64,000 nt of DNA. Source: Mytilus edulis. Lineage: Eukaryota. The translations under genes and the position numbers were made by a program. A model generated the notes under the pieces. The model saw nothing but the letters and a program-made list of their open reading frames with translations. It did no database searches and was not told where the DNA came from. The stretch is taken from contig NC_092350.1 in NCBI RefSeq assembly GCF_963676685.1, forward strand, positions 58,156,001-58,220,000. Reading direction: 5' to 3'. This document shows positions 1-12,379 of the stretch, in pieces (the stretch's first letter is position 1; each line of letters begins with the position of its first letter).

Positions 1-3000
1 GGAACCAAATATTTGAAACCTAATATTACGATCAACTGCACTCATTTTGATGTTTAAAAAGGACCTCGTTCAAGATACCTTTTATTTGAACCATATCTCC
101 TTAAGTAATTGTTCATGTTCATGTTTATTTTTACCTATGACTTCATACTTTGCGAATACTAAAAATATCTGTTACTTCAGATTTTTATTTTGGTAAAGAC
201 TAAGCAATCGATTTTTAAGAATATAATGTTATAATTTAATGTCAGATATAAATAATGAGAGCAATCAAGTAGTTAGTTAATCAAATTTAGTTAAAATTGT
301 TATAAAATACATTTGTATGCGAATTGAATGAAATGTCACTTTATTTTTCGTTTAGAAGTATTCAAATTTAATCTTTTTTATACAAATAATTTATTAATTA
401 ATTAATTTTTAAAATTCATTTTTTTTTTACTATATATGGTTTCAGTAGAGAGAGAGAAAGATAGTAAAAGCAACAGTCTTACCATACAATGTGAATACCA
501 CATAATACGCGTTGAAAATAAAATTACTGTCCATAGATAATATTGGAACTATTGTTAGAAAACATTACTATTGTTCGTATGTGGTTTAACAGTCTGTTCT
601 TGTTTGGTCCTTCGGGTTGTCACACAATTGTGCATAAGTAACTAATTGTATCTGTTTCTGTAAGAATTGGACGAATCGTCATGGATCGTTTTGAGATTCG
701 GGCTCACTAAATTGAGGTTCTATAGTAGCTATTTTTCAAGTGGCGATTGACCGGTATGGTATCGTTCGTAACATCACATAGGTAGATATTTATGAATTGG
801 CTTAGGGTACTGTTTGTTTCCTCCTGATTGATAATTTTCTGTCTCCAACTGGTAAGATCGTTTGAATCGTCTCTTTCTTTGTCCTCATAAAGAAGGTTTG
901 GGTCCTCCGCCAGTTGTTGTGACGGAGTTTTTCTCCGTCAATTGTTGTGACGGGGATTTTATGGTTTTTTTTTGTTGGTGGAGGAAACTGAACATGGAAA
1001 TCTCTTGTTAATGTTGTTATGTTTTATGTTTTTTTGTTGTAATGTTAACTTCCCAGGGAGGTCACTTGTTAAGATGGTATTATGGTTGTCTTTGGTGGAT
1101 TCTAAATTGAACAACATGGTGTTGATTTGCTTCCTTTCGTTTGCTCAGTTCTTCTACGGTTCTTGTAGGTAGAAAGATGTCTGGACATCTGGGGAATACA
1201 TGTCGTTGTTGTGGACTGGCTTGGCAGCGAGAGTGGGACTCGCGCCTTCTTACCCTTTTTAATGAAATAAATAAGACAACTCAATTTGCTGGTTGGAACA
1301 AGGATTGTAATGTAATGTACGGGCAGTAGACTTATATTTGCTTTTATAGTCACTATTCATTACCCGACATTCCTGTTCCCCAGACAAGATTGAGCCTCTT
1401 TTGCAAACGATGGAAAGTGTTGCCAAAACATTTATTGCTTCATAATATGCAAAATGTATTTATTTGTTTTTGAAAAGCATTTGGACTTTTATTTCTCAAA
1501 TTAAATAAAATAATATTTTTGGAAGAATTTCTATTTCTGATCTTTATAATAATTGATAATTAAAGATGTTAAATTTTAATTAATATCTTGTGTACGTCAA
1601 TCTTCGTATCTAAACTTTTTGATTGGTTATTAATAGCATTGTTGTGTGCCTAAATGTATTACTGAATATTCATGATGCTGTAGTATCTACAAATTCTGTG
1701 AATATGGTTATAACCTTGGATGTAGTATCAATTCGACATACATCTGTCCGACGATCTAATAACCTTCTAAACGCGTGCCAAATAACTAATGAGGTTCTTG
1801 ACTTGTACTATTTTTGCTTATCTTGCATCTTACATAATGTATGTTTCTTATGATTGATGAACTCTTTTCTTTGTATTTTCTTCTTGTTATATTTTCTGAT
1901 GCCAATAAGTTATTTGACATTTATATTCTTTTTAACTGACTTAATAAATTAGAAATATATAATTTTTGTTTTTATAAGCTCTATTTTATTTCAATTTTTA
2001 ATTATTTCTAAAAGTGTCCTAAATCCTTTCATAACATTACTCTTAATCAACATACCTAAACATTCATTTATATATCTTAATATATTATATACTACAGAAC
2101 TAGCAATCAAAATCGCAAGTCAATCACCAGCTGAGAAAACTAGAAAATTACACTCAACAAAAACACACTGACAACTAAACACTAAACAGCCAGTTTAAAA
2201 TTCAGAAACGTTCATCTTAATTATTATTTATACCAAAGTTCATGTTCCAAGTCTAAGACATCCATTTGATATCAATAAATATCTAAATATACCACATTTC
2301 CAATACTAAATCAACAGCCACATGCACAGATATTACCGTAAATTGTGATAGAGCGAAGGAGTTGACAGCTTTTTAGAAAGTCCTGTAACTAAATGTCAGA
2401 CTCATTTTAAGATGTTCAAATGCACCAAATCTCATCAGCCATACCTGATATTTACTGTTCAATGAAAGAAATTATATGGTCCAGTCTCTTTCATCACTTA
2501 AAAAATAAAACCCACGTGTGTCTAATTATAAGTAGTAATATGAACTATTGTATATGGAGAATAAACTAGCAAATTAGTTATTGGATTACTGTCTTTTAAC
2601 GTATTCATAACATCGCAATTTACTCATATATTACAATACTTATGTTTAATCAATACCAACAAACCAACCATACAATGATAAGCATTTGTTACGTAACTAA
2701 ACAATAATGTAACTAATGGTGCAGGATTTTACCCTTTTGGATGACATAATACCGTTTCATCTTTCGGTATGGCAAGCCGTTTTACTATTTATTCTAACTT
2801 CAAGATACATAATAAACTTTATAAGACATCTAATATACTTTATGAGATATCTTATATAGTTTATAATATATCTTTTATAGTTTATGAGATATATTATTTA
2901 GTTTATAAGATATCTTATATAGCTTATGGGATATTTTATGTAGTTTATCATGTTTTAGTACGGTGACAAATAAAGTAAATTTGAAAATTTAATGGACCGA

Positions 3001-4020
3001 AACACCTCACGGCTAACTGTGGTCTTATTTTATAAATTAATATAATATCCTTTGATTCAGGCATGTCGTAGAGTGCCAAAGTGATGCAGATTTTTGAAAA
3101 CTACGGTCAAAGGTCAAAAGGGGGGATTTAAAAAAATCAAAAATGTACACATTTTGGACAATTTCTCGAAACTCTCATGTTAATTGAGATTTTTTTTCTA
3201 TGGAAGCATACCCTGGGTATGCTCCACGAATGTCGCTTATCATATTCATGTCTGATTGCCAGAGATTAGTGATACATACCTTCGATCGCAACATGTAAAA
3301 AAATGAAAAGAATATCTTTATCTACGTAAATTATCGACAAAAAATATCCATAATTAAGATTTAGTTATACAATGATATATGGCCACCAATAAAGATATTT
3401 TTGGGAAAGTTTTGTTCAAATGCTATAAAGAACAGAGGAGAAATAAGAACTGTAAAGTTTACACACGGTCAATGATGTAATAAAAAAGAAATAATGGAAT
3501 TCTTGGCTGATTATTCAAACTTAAAAGGATGTTAGAACTATAAAAAATTATTAGTCTTCATGTTATTGACACTATAGTATACGAAGTTTTTTTTTATGTT
3601 AATAAATAAATTAGAACTAGAGCAAAAACACATTGAGAAGATGTGTCCCCCCCCTTTTTTTTATAAAACAACGACAAACATGGTGGTCGTTTGTTGATGT
3701 GGTTCATTAATATTTCTCGTTTCTTGAGTTGTTATATAGATAAGACCGTTGCAATGGTTTTCCCTTTTGAATGGTTTTACACTAGTCATTTTTTGTGGCT
3801 CTCGATAACTTACTGTTTGGTGTGTGAACTACAAACAAACACGATTATAATACACTAACACTAGACACAAATATGCACATCAATTTTAAAAGGTAACGGA
3901 ATACTCTAGGAATAAAATAGATGTATTTGTTCAGATCACCATGTACCGATTGACCATTGCTTCTGGGATTATTTTAATCGGCGGTGAATTTTTTTTCACT
4001 GCAACAGATGTGTCAATATA

Positions 4021-4400
4021 ATAAACAGCTGTGCCATGAGCGCATGATACGCCCAAAGTCTTGTGTGGAAGATTATGCAATAATCATAAATAGTTTCTGA
4101 GAAAGTTTTAAGCAATAACCATTTATTGTTTTTGAGACACGGCGGGACATGTGACCCCCCCCTGTTTTTTTTTGCAAACTAAATATCACTAAAATAAAAT
4201 TTTGAATTAAACCAAAAAGTATACAGATCTTTAGATTAATATACATGTAACAAAGAAGCGTGTACAGTTTCAAGCAATAATCATAAATTGTTTTTGAGAT
4301 ACGGCGTGACATGTAAAAAAAACTCCCCTTTTTTACAAAATACTCAATAACTCAAAAATAAAATTTTGAGTTGTCACCAAAAAGTATACAGATCTTTAGA
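4021..4400 (-). mobile_element. 3' part of non-autonomous Helentron-type (HINE-like) element, same family as 58641-59672
   Basis: Reverse complement of the 3' end at ~59400-59675 (cagctgtgccatgagcgcatgatacgccc, ~165-bp units). Confidence 0.7.
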
Positions 4401-5411
4401 TTAAGGTCAATTCCGCGAAATATTGCGACGTTTTGTACGAATTACGTCCCTTTGACCAGATTTTGCAATGTTAAAATTTCAACCGGCGACTTTTCAATGG
4501 GACAACGGTAAATCTGACGGAAAGTATGTATCTTCTAGGAGAATGAACTTGTTTGCTAAAATTGAAGAAATGCTACAGGATTTTGAAAATGAATATGAAA
4601 ACAGTCATGAAGACGATCTTCAAAACGAAAATCAGGTGTTTGAGTTTGGATATCTGCCGACCAGTTAAAACAAGTGTAAAAACTGTTGATCACTGTTGCT
4701 CACCACTATTTCTACATAATTGTGATGAGGTAAAACAGTGCGGTCTCGGCAGTATATTGAACTCTGACACAAAATAGTACTTTTGATGTTATTGTTTACT
4801 TAAACTAACCAACAAATATGCAAAAATGAAACTTCTGGTGAAAGGGAAATATATTTAGACCATTTTGAGTCAAAATTCACTTGTCTATGAGTTTGCGTTA
4901 AAAATTCAGGATTAATGCGCTACATAGTACACTAATTTAAGATTTCCAGAAAATAGGGAGTTATTTTGGTAGTACCTGTGTTTTCAAGATCAGAAATTTC
5001 ATATAAGACTTTAAACATTGGTTGAAAATTGGCATGTAGAAAGGTGATACATGTACAATTCAGGATATACCTGGTTTCCTTGAAGTTATATACCTATATA
5101 GAGTAATTTTCTTTCAGAACGACAGGTCATTCTTTTTCAGAATCAACCCGGACGATACCATCGTTCAATGATATATGCTCCAAGGCATAAAATAATGACC
5201 TGTGTGAGGTCATTATTTTCCTTGATAAACATGCAATCTATGATTTACTTCAAAACTTTATTTAGTTTTTTGTTGCCTATTTGGAATTTTATTTTTCAAA
5301 TTTCAATCGATGATAGGTGTAAAAGAAACCGTCATTGTAGTCCCGCATTTTAATTTTGGTTGCTTACTTAACGTCCAGTGGCAAATATTTCATGCATGTT
5401 CAGAACGTTAC

Positions 5412-5780
5412 GTTATAGATAATGCATATTTTAAGGTTTTTCTTGTCGTAGAACACAACGAGGGGTGTCAGGATTGATCAAATGAAAGACTGCAGGGCGT
5501 ATTAAAACCTGAACGTATTAGAAAGGAATATCCCACTTTAGTGTTGTCGGTAAAATAGGATACTAAATTTTACAAATCTTTATAAAATTAAATTTTTGTT
5601 GACGGTATATTAGTCAGATAATGCATATTTTAAGGTTTTTCTTGTCGTAGAACACACCTCAGGGTGTCAGGATTGTCCAAAGAAAGACCTCCCTCCGGTC
5701 GGTCTTTCATTTGATCAATCCTGACACCCCTCGGTGTGTTCTACGACAAGAAAAACCTTAAAATATGCATTATCTATAAC
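5412..5780. mobile_element. Foldback/MITE with ~79-bp TIRs and a third internal TIR copy
   Basis: gttatagataatgcatattttaaggtttttcttgtcgtagaacac... (5412-5490) is inverted at 5702-5780 and repeated directly at ~5617-5688. Confidence 0.75.
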
Positions 5781-8700
5781 TTAAACTTACGGTAAAATAT
5801 TTAGATAGCTGTGAAAATTGCAAGATTCGGTTGAACAGATAGGGATTTTTAATTGGTGGTCTGACACCTTTATTTTCGTTTTCCTCCCAAAATAACACAA
5901 ACTGAATAATCATAAGAAAAGATGACAAATGCGACTATACCTATATAGAACACAGAGGCATGATAATTAATTCATTGTAGAAGGAAGAGAAGCGACACAC
6001 AAAATTAGGTCTACTCGTTTACTAGTATAGATACTCTAACTTTTCTTTTACAGTACTTTGTATATCCCCATCCCTGTTTCACTTGAATTATTGTCAGCTT
6101 ATTCGAATATGAGCATGTTTTCTGGCACGTTTAAAATAAATGCAATTCATCTAATGTTTGAATGTAAATTTACACAATCATGTAATTATAAACATTTAGC
6201 ATGTTTTAAAAACAGGAAGAAATGTTTATAAGTGCAACACACGGTATTTTTGGACAAGAAATCATTTTTTCTTACACTTTAAAAATTCAAATGAAGTAAA
6301 ACAAGAAATCAATCTGGTTGACGCAACAATGACAATCTGTTACACAGAATAATAGTGGTGCATTTCTTTCCAGTGGGTCTCAATCAACACTGATTTACAG
6401 AAATCTTGGTAAGAATTTAGTCTTAGATGCTTGATTTTTTTATTAGTTGTTATTGGCTTTGAACAAGCTGTCAGTAACTGCGTGTAGTGGCGGATACAGA
6501 GGGAGGCATGAGGGCGTACCCCCCTTTTTGCCTGGACTAAGACTAGACTTCGTAAACTTTGCCATTTCCCGTGTATTTAATTTTTATTAGACAATTCTTT
6601 TCATATAAAGATTTTTTTCGCCAGTATTTACTGATTATTTCAAAAGTAAAACTACAAAATACTGAACTCCGAGGAAAGTTCAAAACGGAAAGTCCCTAAT
6701 CAAATGGCAAATTCAAATGATAAAACACATCAAACCAATGGAAAACAACTGTCATATTCCTGACTTGGTACAGGCATTTTCAAATGTAGAATATGATGGA
6801 TTGAACCTGGTTTTATAGCGCTAAACCTCTCACTTATATGGCAGTCGCATCACCGTAGAGTGATTCGGTATGATTGAGTTGACCAGTTCGTCGAAAAAAC
6901 GTCACTCAGTCATTTTGAAATTCAAATTACAGGAACACATTTGCAATTCTGAGCATGAAAAATCATGACACCTTCAAAGCGACAAAGGAGTGAGCAAGAA
7001 CGTATTGACTTCTATTTCACAATTCAATTCCAAAAAGTTATACTTTATTATAATCTCATGAAAAAAGTTGCACATTAATATTATTTACCTACGAAATTAG
7101 GTTTAACCCCAAACGCCCGCGCCTATCTTAAAATAACATAGCTGAATAATTATCCCCAGTCAATATAAGCTCTGGATAGATTTAAAGCGCAAGGTTCGAG
7201 CCATTGTTTGAGGAGGCGGTCTGAGATCTGAGAGTATGGCCGTATTTAGATTGAAAACAACAATCTTGTTCACTTTTTGGCTAATAGAAACGAAAATTTC
7301 CAACAAAATAATATAGCATTAAATGAACATAATGAATAAAAAACGGGCGTATTTTTTTCGGGACGGGGGTTTGCATGAACTGATATATTGAATACTTTTA
7401 TCAAGATCAGACTGCAACCTGCCTGCTGATGTGGCCTTTATGTCTCCATTTGTCGACCGTCATTCATAAATTCGTTGTCATTTCAGACTCATTCGTAGCC
7501 TTTGGTTAATTTTCAATTGTGTTGGGTAAAACATATCAACCAAACATTTGTATAAAAATTGCTTGTTTGTCTTTTTTAACTCTTGTCGTTCGTATTGTAA
7601 AATTCATCGAATAGCGCGGCGTGTATCTTGTTTACAACAAGAAATCTGTGAGTGTATGCTAACTTAACATACAACAAGCGAGAATTTTCCATGTCTATTT
7701 TTTACTGACAAGTCCCACATCAAATATGTCAGTTCATAGCTGTTGACCCATACTATAATTTTATGATAGACAATTTATGGGGAGAATACAACATCAAAAA
7801 TGTCCAACTCTTACATTTAACAGCAACTATTAAATATACATGCCCACGTCTAGAACCGTTTAAAAAGTGCATTTTACACTTATTTTATGTTTTTTAGTAA
7901 AAAAAAGGTCCCAAAATTTGTTCGCCTCGCTCCCCTCGGCGAATTTAAAAAACTTCGCCCCACTTTGCAAAATCCTGCATCCGCCCCTGTATTCTATATG
8001 TAGTATGTCAAAACTGTCCATACAAAAACCCTATATTCACTGCGAAAAGACATCATGTAGCAGGAAATAAGCAGAATGGGGTGCAAGTTTGGGACATTAA
8101 AACTAAACTAGTCTTGTACGGTAAGACTAGATATCCCCTGTTTTGAAAATTATCACACCATTCGGAACAATTAAAAATATTTTTAAAGTAGCGAAAAGGA
8201 AATGAACCACATAAATTAATACTGGTCATAAATTCTCCGCTGCTGTCAGTCAGTCATTTAGATGACACTAAACTATTATACATTTAAATATTTAACCTTC
8301 TTTACGGTTGGAACAATAATTTAATATTCATACAACAGTTTTTAGACTATAACAAATGAAAAATAAACAAAAACGATGTTTCACGATCATTAATCCATCG
8401 CTACATTTTGTATTCTGACGTGTTTGTTTTTTTCTAATGGTGTTTTCTTTCACGTCCGCAATTTTGTTGAAACTTTCGATATTAAAAATAAAATACAAAT
8501 CTTTTTAATAGATACATGTATAAATAGTTTATGGTTTAAAGAGTTATACATGGAATATTATCCTAATAAAAGAACATTCAGTGGATCCTTAAAAGAATTT
8601 TCTTACTAGTATTGATTCGTATGGTTGTCTCCTCAAAGGAAATTGTTTTATATATATATACATATATGGGTAAAAATTAACCGAATAAAAAATAAAAATG

Positions 8701-8837
8701 TTCCCTGAAAGTAGCATCTCAAATATGAAATAGAACTGTTTTCAATTCTATTTCACCCATAAAACTTGAAGGTCGAGAACGAGATTATATCGATCAATTC
8801 TATATCATACTACTACTATATACCTACTTAAAAAATT

Positions 8838-9032
8838 GGAGGGGTCCTGATTCCGAAATCCCGGACTTTAAAAAATGAAATCCAGAAGTCCCGAATTTAA
8901 AGTAATTTAAAATAAATCCCGCCATCCCGAAATTCGAAAAAAGAATTCCCGGATCCCGAAAAGATTAATTCCGAAATCCCGTGTTTAAAAATACCCGATC
9001 CCGGAGTTCCGTCCCGGTCCTTCCCCCTCCCT
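8838..9032. mobile_element. MITE-like element with internal ATCCCG repeats
   Basis: gaggggtcc...cccctccctc ends; many (a)atcccg units. Confidence 0.45.
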
Positions 9033-10929
9033 CATTTGTGTGGATGAACTAAATAACAAAACAAACATTTACGAGTCATGTCTCAGCCTACATTTTGTAT
9101 GTGCGATTGTATTTTTTTTGTTTTTTGTTTTTTGTTGTTTTTTGTTGTTTTGTTGTTTTTTTTTGGGGGGGGGGGATTATTTTGGTAGGCATATTAAACA
9201 TTAATTTGTACATCTGTTTTTAAGTTATATCTCAATCTCCGTATGTTTGGTTTACTTGTAAATGTTTTACACGATGTATCTTCTGGAAAATACACCGTGC
9301 TTCAAAGACCGTGCAATGTCTTGAGAGAAAGCGAAAATCAGAGAGAGAAGGACATTAATTTATTGTCACCTATAATAAGATCTCAGATGTATAAATAACC
9401 GCACGACACTCTCAATAATTTGTAGAATCGTTGATATAATGTTTGTTTATATATGCGATGTTAAGCAGTAGTATATGGACAGAACTCGATCTGTCGTGAT
9501 ATAGTACCAAATAACGAGCTATTACATGTTCCGCTGCTAAAGTAACCGTTGTTTTAAAAAATTTGCCAAATCATATATCGAAACGGAGAAAAAATGCAAA
9601 CAGATGATCTACACGATAGTCTAAGAGATTTACGAATGGGTTACCCAAAAAAGTGACAAAATTCAACAATCTCCCATTAGAGCAAATATTAATAAAGATC
9701 ACAACCCTGACCACATGCACACCTTCAATATATGTACAAACAGACAACAAAGTGAAAACGTTCTAGGATTCAAACTGTAGATGTTATGCGGATTAACTAT
9801 AATAGGGGAAGGACGGCGGACAGAGGGACAGGGGTAACACCCCTCCCCCCACTTTCAGTTGCGGGGGCATAACAAATTATAGCTTCAATTACATCTTTTA
9901 TTGCGTCAACTTGTAGATTGTAGACAGTAAACCTGATGATTTCTATTTTTATGTTTTTACTATTTTTGCGTTCATGTACTTAGTAATACAATGTATTTTT
10001 GTTTGAATTAGTAATTGTTTTAGATATGTGTATTGATAATGAACATACATGTATCATATTTTTATAACGTATAATTTCTTCCTAAAATGTTCCATAAAAG
10101 AGGGTCTGATTGGGGTTAACGGAATACAGAATAATGGGCAAAAATTGCAGCATAAAAGGCAAAATAAAAAAAAAAAAGAAAAGAAAAAGAGCATAATGGG
10201 GTGCCTAAAAATAAAGAATAGAGAATATTGGAAATAAAAAATAAAAATTAATGATAATTATCCAGATAAAAAGAATCTATCAATACGAAACACATATTAA
10301 TCGTGCATAATCAACACGAAGAACGTTGGAAATAATTAGCATGATAACTTGACGTTATGTAATAAAAATAACGACGTCACGAATTTTGATGGTTTTTTTT
10401 TTGCCAAAATGTTGAGTTTGCGTCGCTTCTACATGGAAAACGAAGTCGGTGACCATATTTTTTTAACATCATTTAATTCGCAAGACAAAGAGGAAGAAAA
10501 TGTTAATTCAAAAAAAAATTCTATGGAGCGGTTTACGTGATTTATACCGGAAAATTGTAGAAGAAAAATACAGATTCCCGCTATATATTTAATGTAATTT
10601 AGTACCCTCTCGGACCATTTTAAAAATGATTTTTTCGGGTGACATAAAGTTATTTTTACATTTTCTGATGTATATTTTCAATATCTAATCGAGTTCTAAA
10701 TTTTTAAAAAATCTATGGACTAGTTCATTTACTGATCCTTGACCTTAAGCGCAACAAAAAAAAAAAAATAAAAAAATAAAAAAAAAAAAAACACACTACA
10801 ATGCAACATAAAAATTTCATATATTTTTACAATTGACACCACAGAAAAAATATACCATTGCATTTATGTATAAGATATCATAACTAGGTTTAACCTACAT
10901 ATAGTCTAATCTTATCTTAAAATGTTGGA

Positions 10930-11155
10930 GTCACCGTTTGCCAAGTTGTCTAGGTAGTTCAACTACTGCATCACTAGCCTTTCAACATTGAAGTTAACAT
11001 TGTGAATTTGAATCCCTCACGTGCCAGCTGCGCTCGACCCAATCTTAAATTGACTAGGGTTATTGTCAGTTTCCCTACCGAATGGCAATTGTTGACAGCC
11101 ACAAAATAACAAACTAGTGCTGAAAGTGGCGTTGAATACAAAACAATCAATCAAA
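10930..11155 (+). mobile_element. Degenerate tRNA-derived SINE upstream of copy A
   Basis: A-box-like tgccaagttgtctagg, B-box-like aatttgaatccc, tail gctgaaagtggcgttgaa followed by (AATC)n; paralogous copy at 57355-57565. Confidence 0.5.
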
Positions 11156-11449
11156 TTAAGTAGAGAGTTTAAAGTTTTTAAAACAACGACACTAAAAGCG
11201 AAAAATTGGGTACAATTGTGTTCACATATTGTAGATATTGAAATGATATATAATTTCTGATTTAAAAGACTACCGTACATGTAAAAAATCGCTGATGTGA
11301 AATATATTTGAAAAAATGCAAATGTTAAACAAAAGATGTAAACCATTTTGCATATTCAATAATATTGAACAAAGCTAATCAACATATGTCACGTATGATT
11401 ATTTTACACCTACAGCGAATAGAAAAATAAATACTTCAATTTCATGTAC

Positions 11450-11515
11450 TATTTGAGTAGCCACTTGAATTAAAAGGTTATCTTATTATTATTAGGTTTG
11501 CTATTACAGATTGTG
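11450..11515 (+). promoter_or_regulatory. Putative core promoter and non-coding first exon of copy A
   Basis: Homologous to 58496-58561, but reads TATTTGAG and has a weaker donor G|GTATTA. Confidence 0.35.
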
Positions 11516-12318
11516 GTATTAAAGTGTTCATTTATTTTCTAATCAACGAAAATCCGTCTGATCTAAAATTGTCAGCATATGTTGTTTGCTAAGATATTTC
11601 TCTCTTTTTTTACACCTTGGGAGACGATTTATTATTTTCTGAACGTTCAATGAGTTATTTGTTTGTTAACAACTATTTGTATTAAAATAAAGCGATGTAG
11701 TATTATTGCCAATGAGACATCTATCCACCAAAGTTCAACGAAGTGGATGTATGCAATTATAGACAACCGAACAGCCTTAAACATCGGGAACAATCCATAC
11801 CGTATAGTCGACTATAAAAGAACCATGCATGAAAAGAAAACAAATACATTTGAATTATATCACTCATATCAAACTTACAAATAAGAATAAAATACTCTAT
11901 GGTTGACATACATCAGCAAGAGTAGGTAGAGAACGCAGAAAATGTTATCCTGAAACATTCCTTCAAAATTACATTAGAAATTGATATTCTTTTTTTATGA
12001 AACCACACACAGACATTCTAATATCATTTTATTAAGCATTGAGTAAGGTTTATGTGTACAAAAAGTCAAATTCACATTTCTACAAACTATAGCATACTGT
12101 GAATTAACTAAAGCATAAGTTGGCTTATTTAAAAACCAAACCCGTCTGTTCGGCTCTTGACGGTGACTTCAAACTTTTGTATTATCATATTTTCAGAGCT
12201 TGCAGCTAACAGTCATAATTTTTAATCTGATGCATTCAAGTACGTCGATTCCCATCTGAACAACCTTGAATATATAATCGATGTTAACAAATTTTCGTTT
12301 TAGTAATACAGTATCAGG

Positions 12319-12379
12319 ATGAAATTTTGTTGTTTGATTGTAATCATCCTCTTCACAATTCGTGTTTCTAATGGCGGAA
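12319..12379 (+). CDS. Copy A coding exon 1 (signal peptide)
   Basis: ATG at 12319, MK + hydrophobic core MKFCCLIVIILFTIRVSNGG, phase-1 donor A|GTAAGT; conserved in copy B. Confidence 0.85.

Noticed and set aside
560-1900. Possible decayed retroelement coding region (ORFs 972-1853)
   Set aside because: No recognisable motif in the frames I translated.
4468-4777. Acidic short ORFs as host gene exons
   Set aside because: Lie directly inside a transposon-like end, with no domain motif or supporting exon chain.
6485-7989. Single TIR element gtggcggat ... atccgcccctg
   Set aside because: Termini are imperfect, there is no clear TSD, and the interior is a mosaic of other repeats.
4401-10748. One large Kolobok bounded by ttaaggtcaa ... 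ttgaccttaa
   Set aside because: Only 6 bp of TIR match inside the TTAA; cannot show that the ends belong together.
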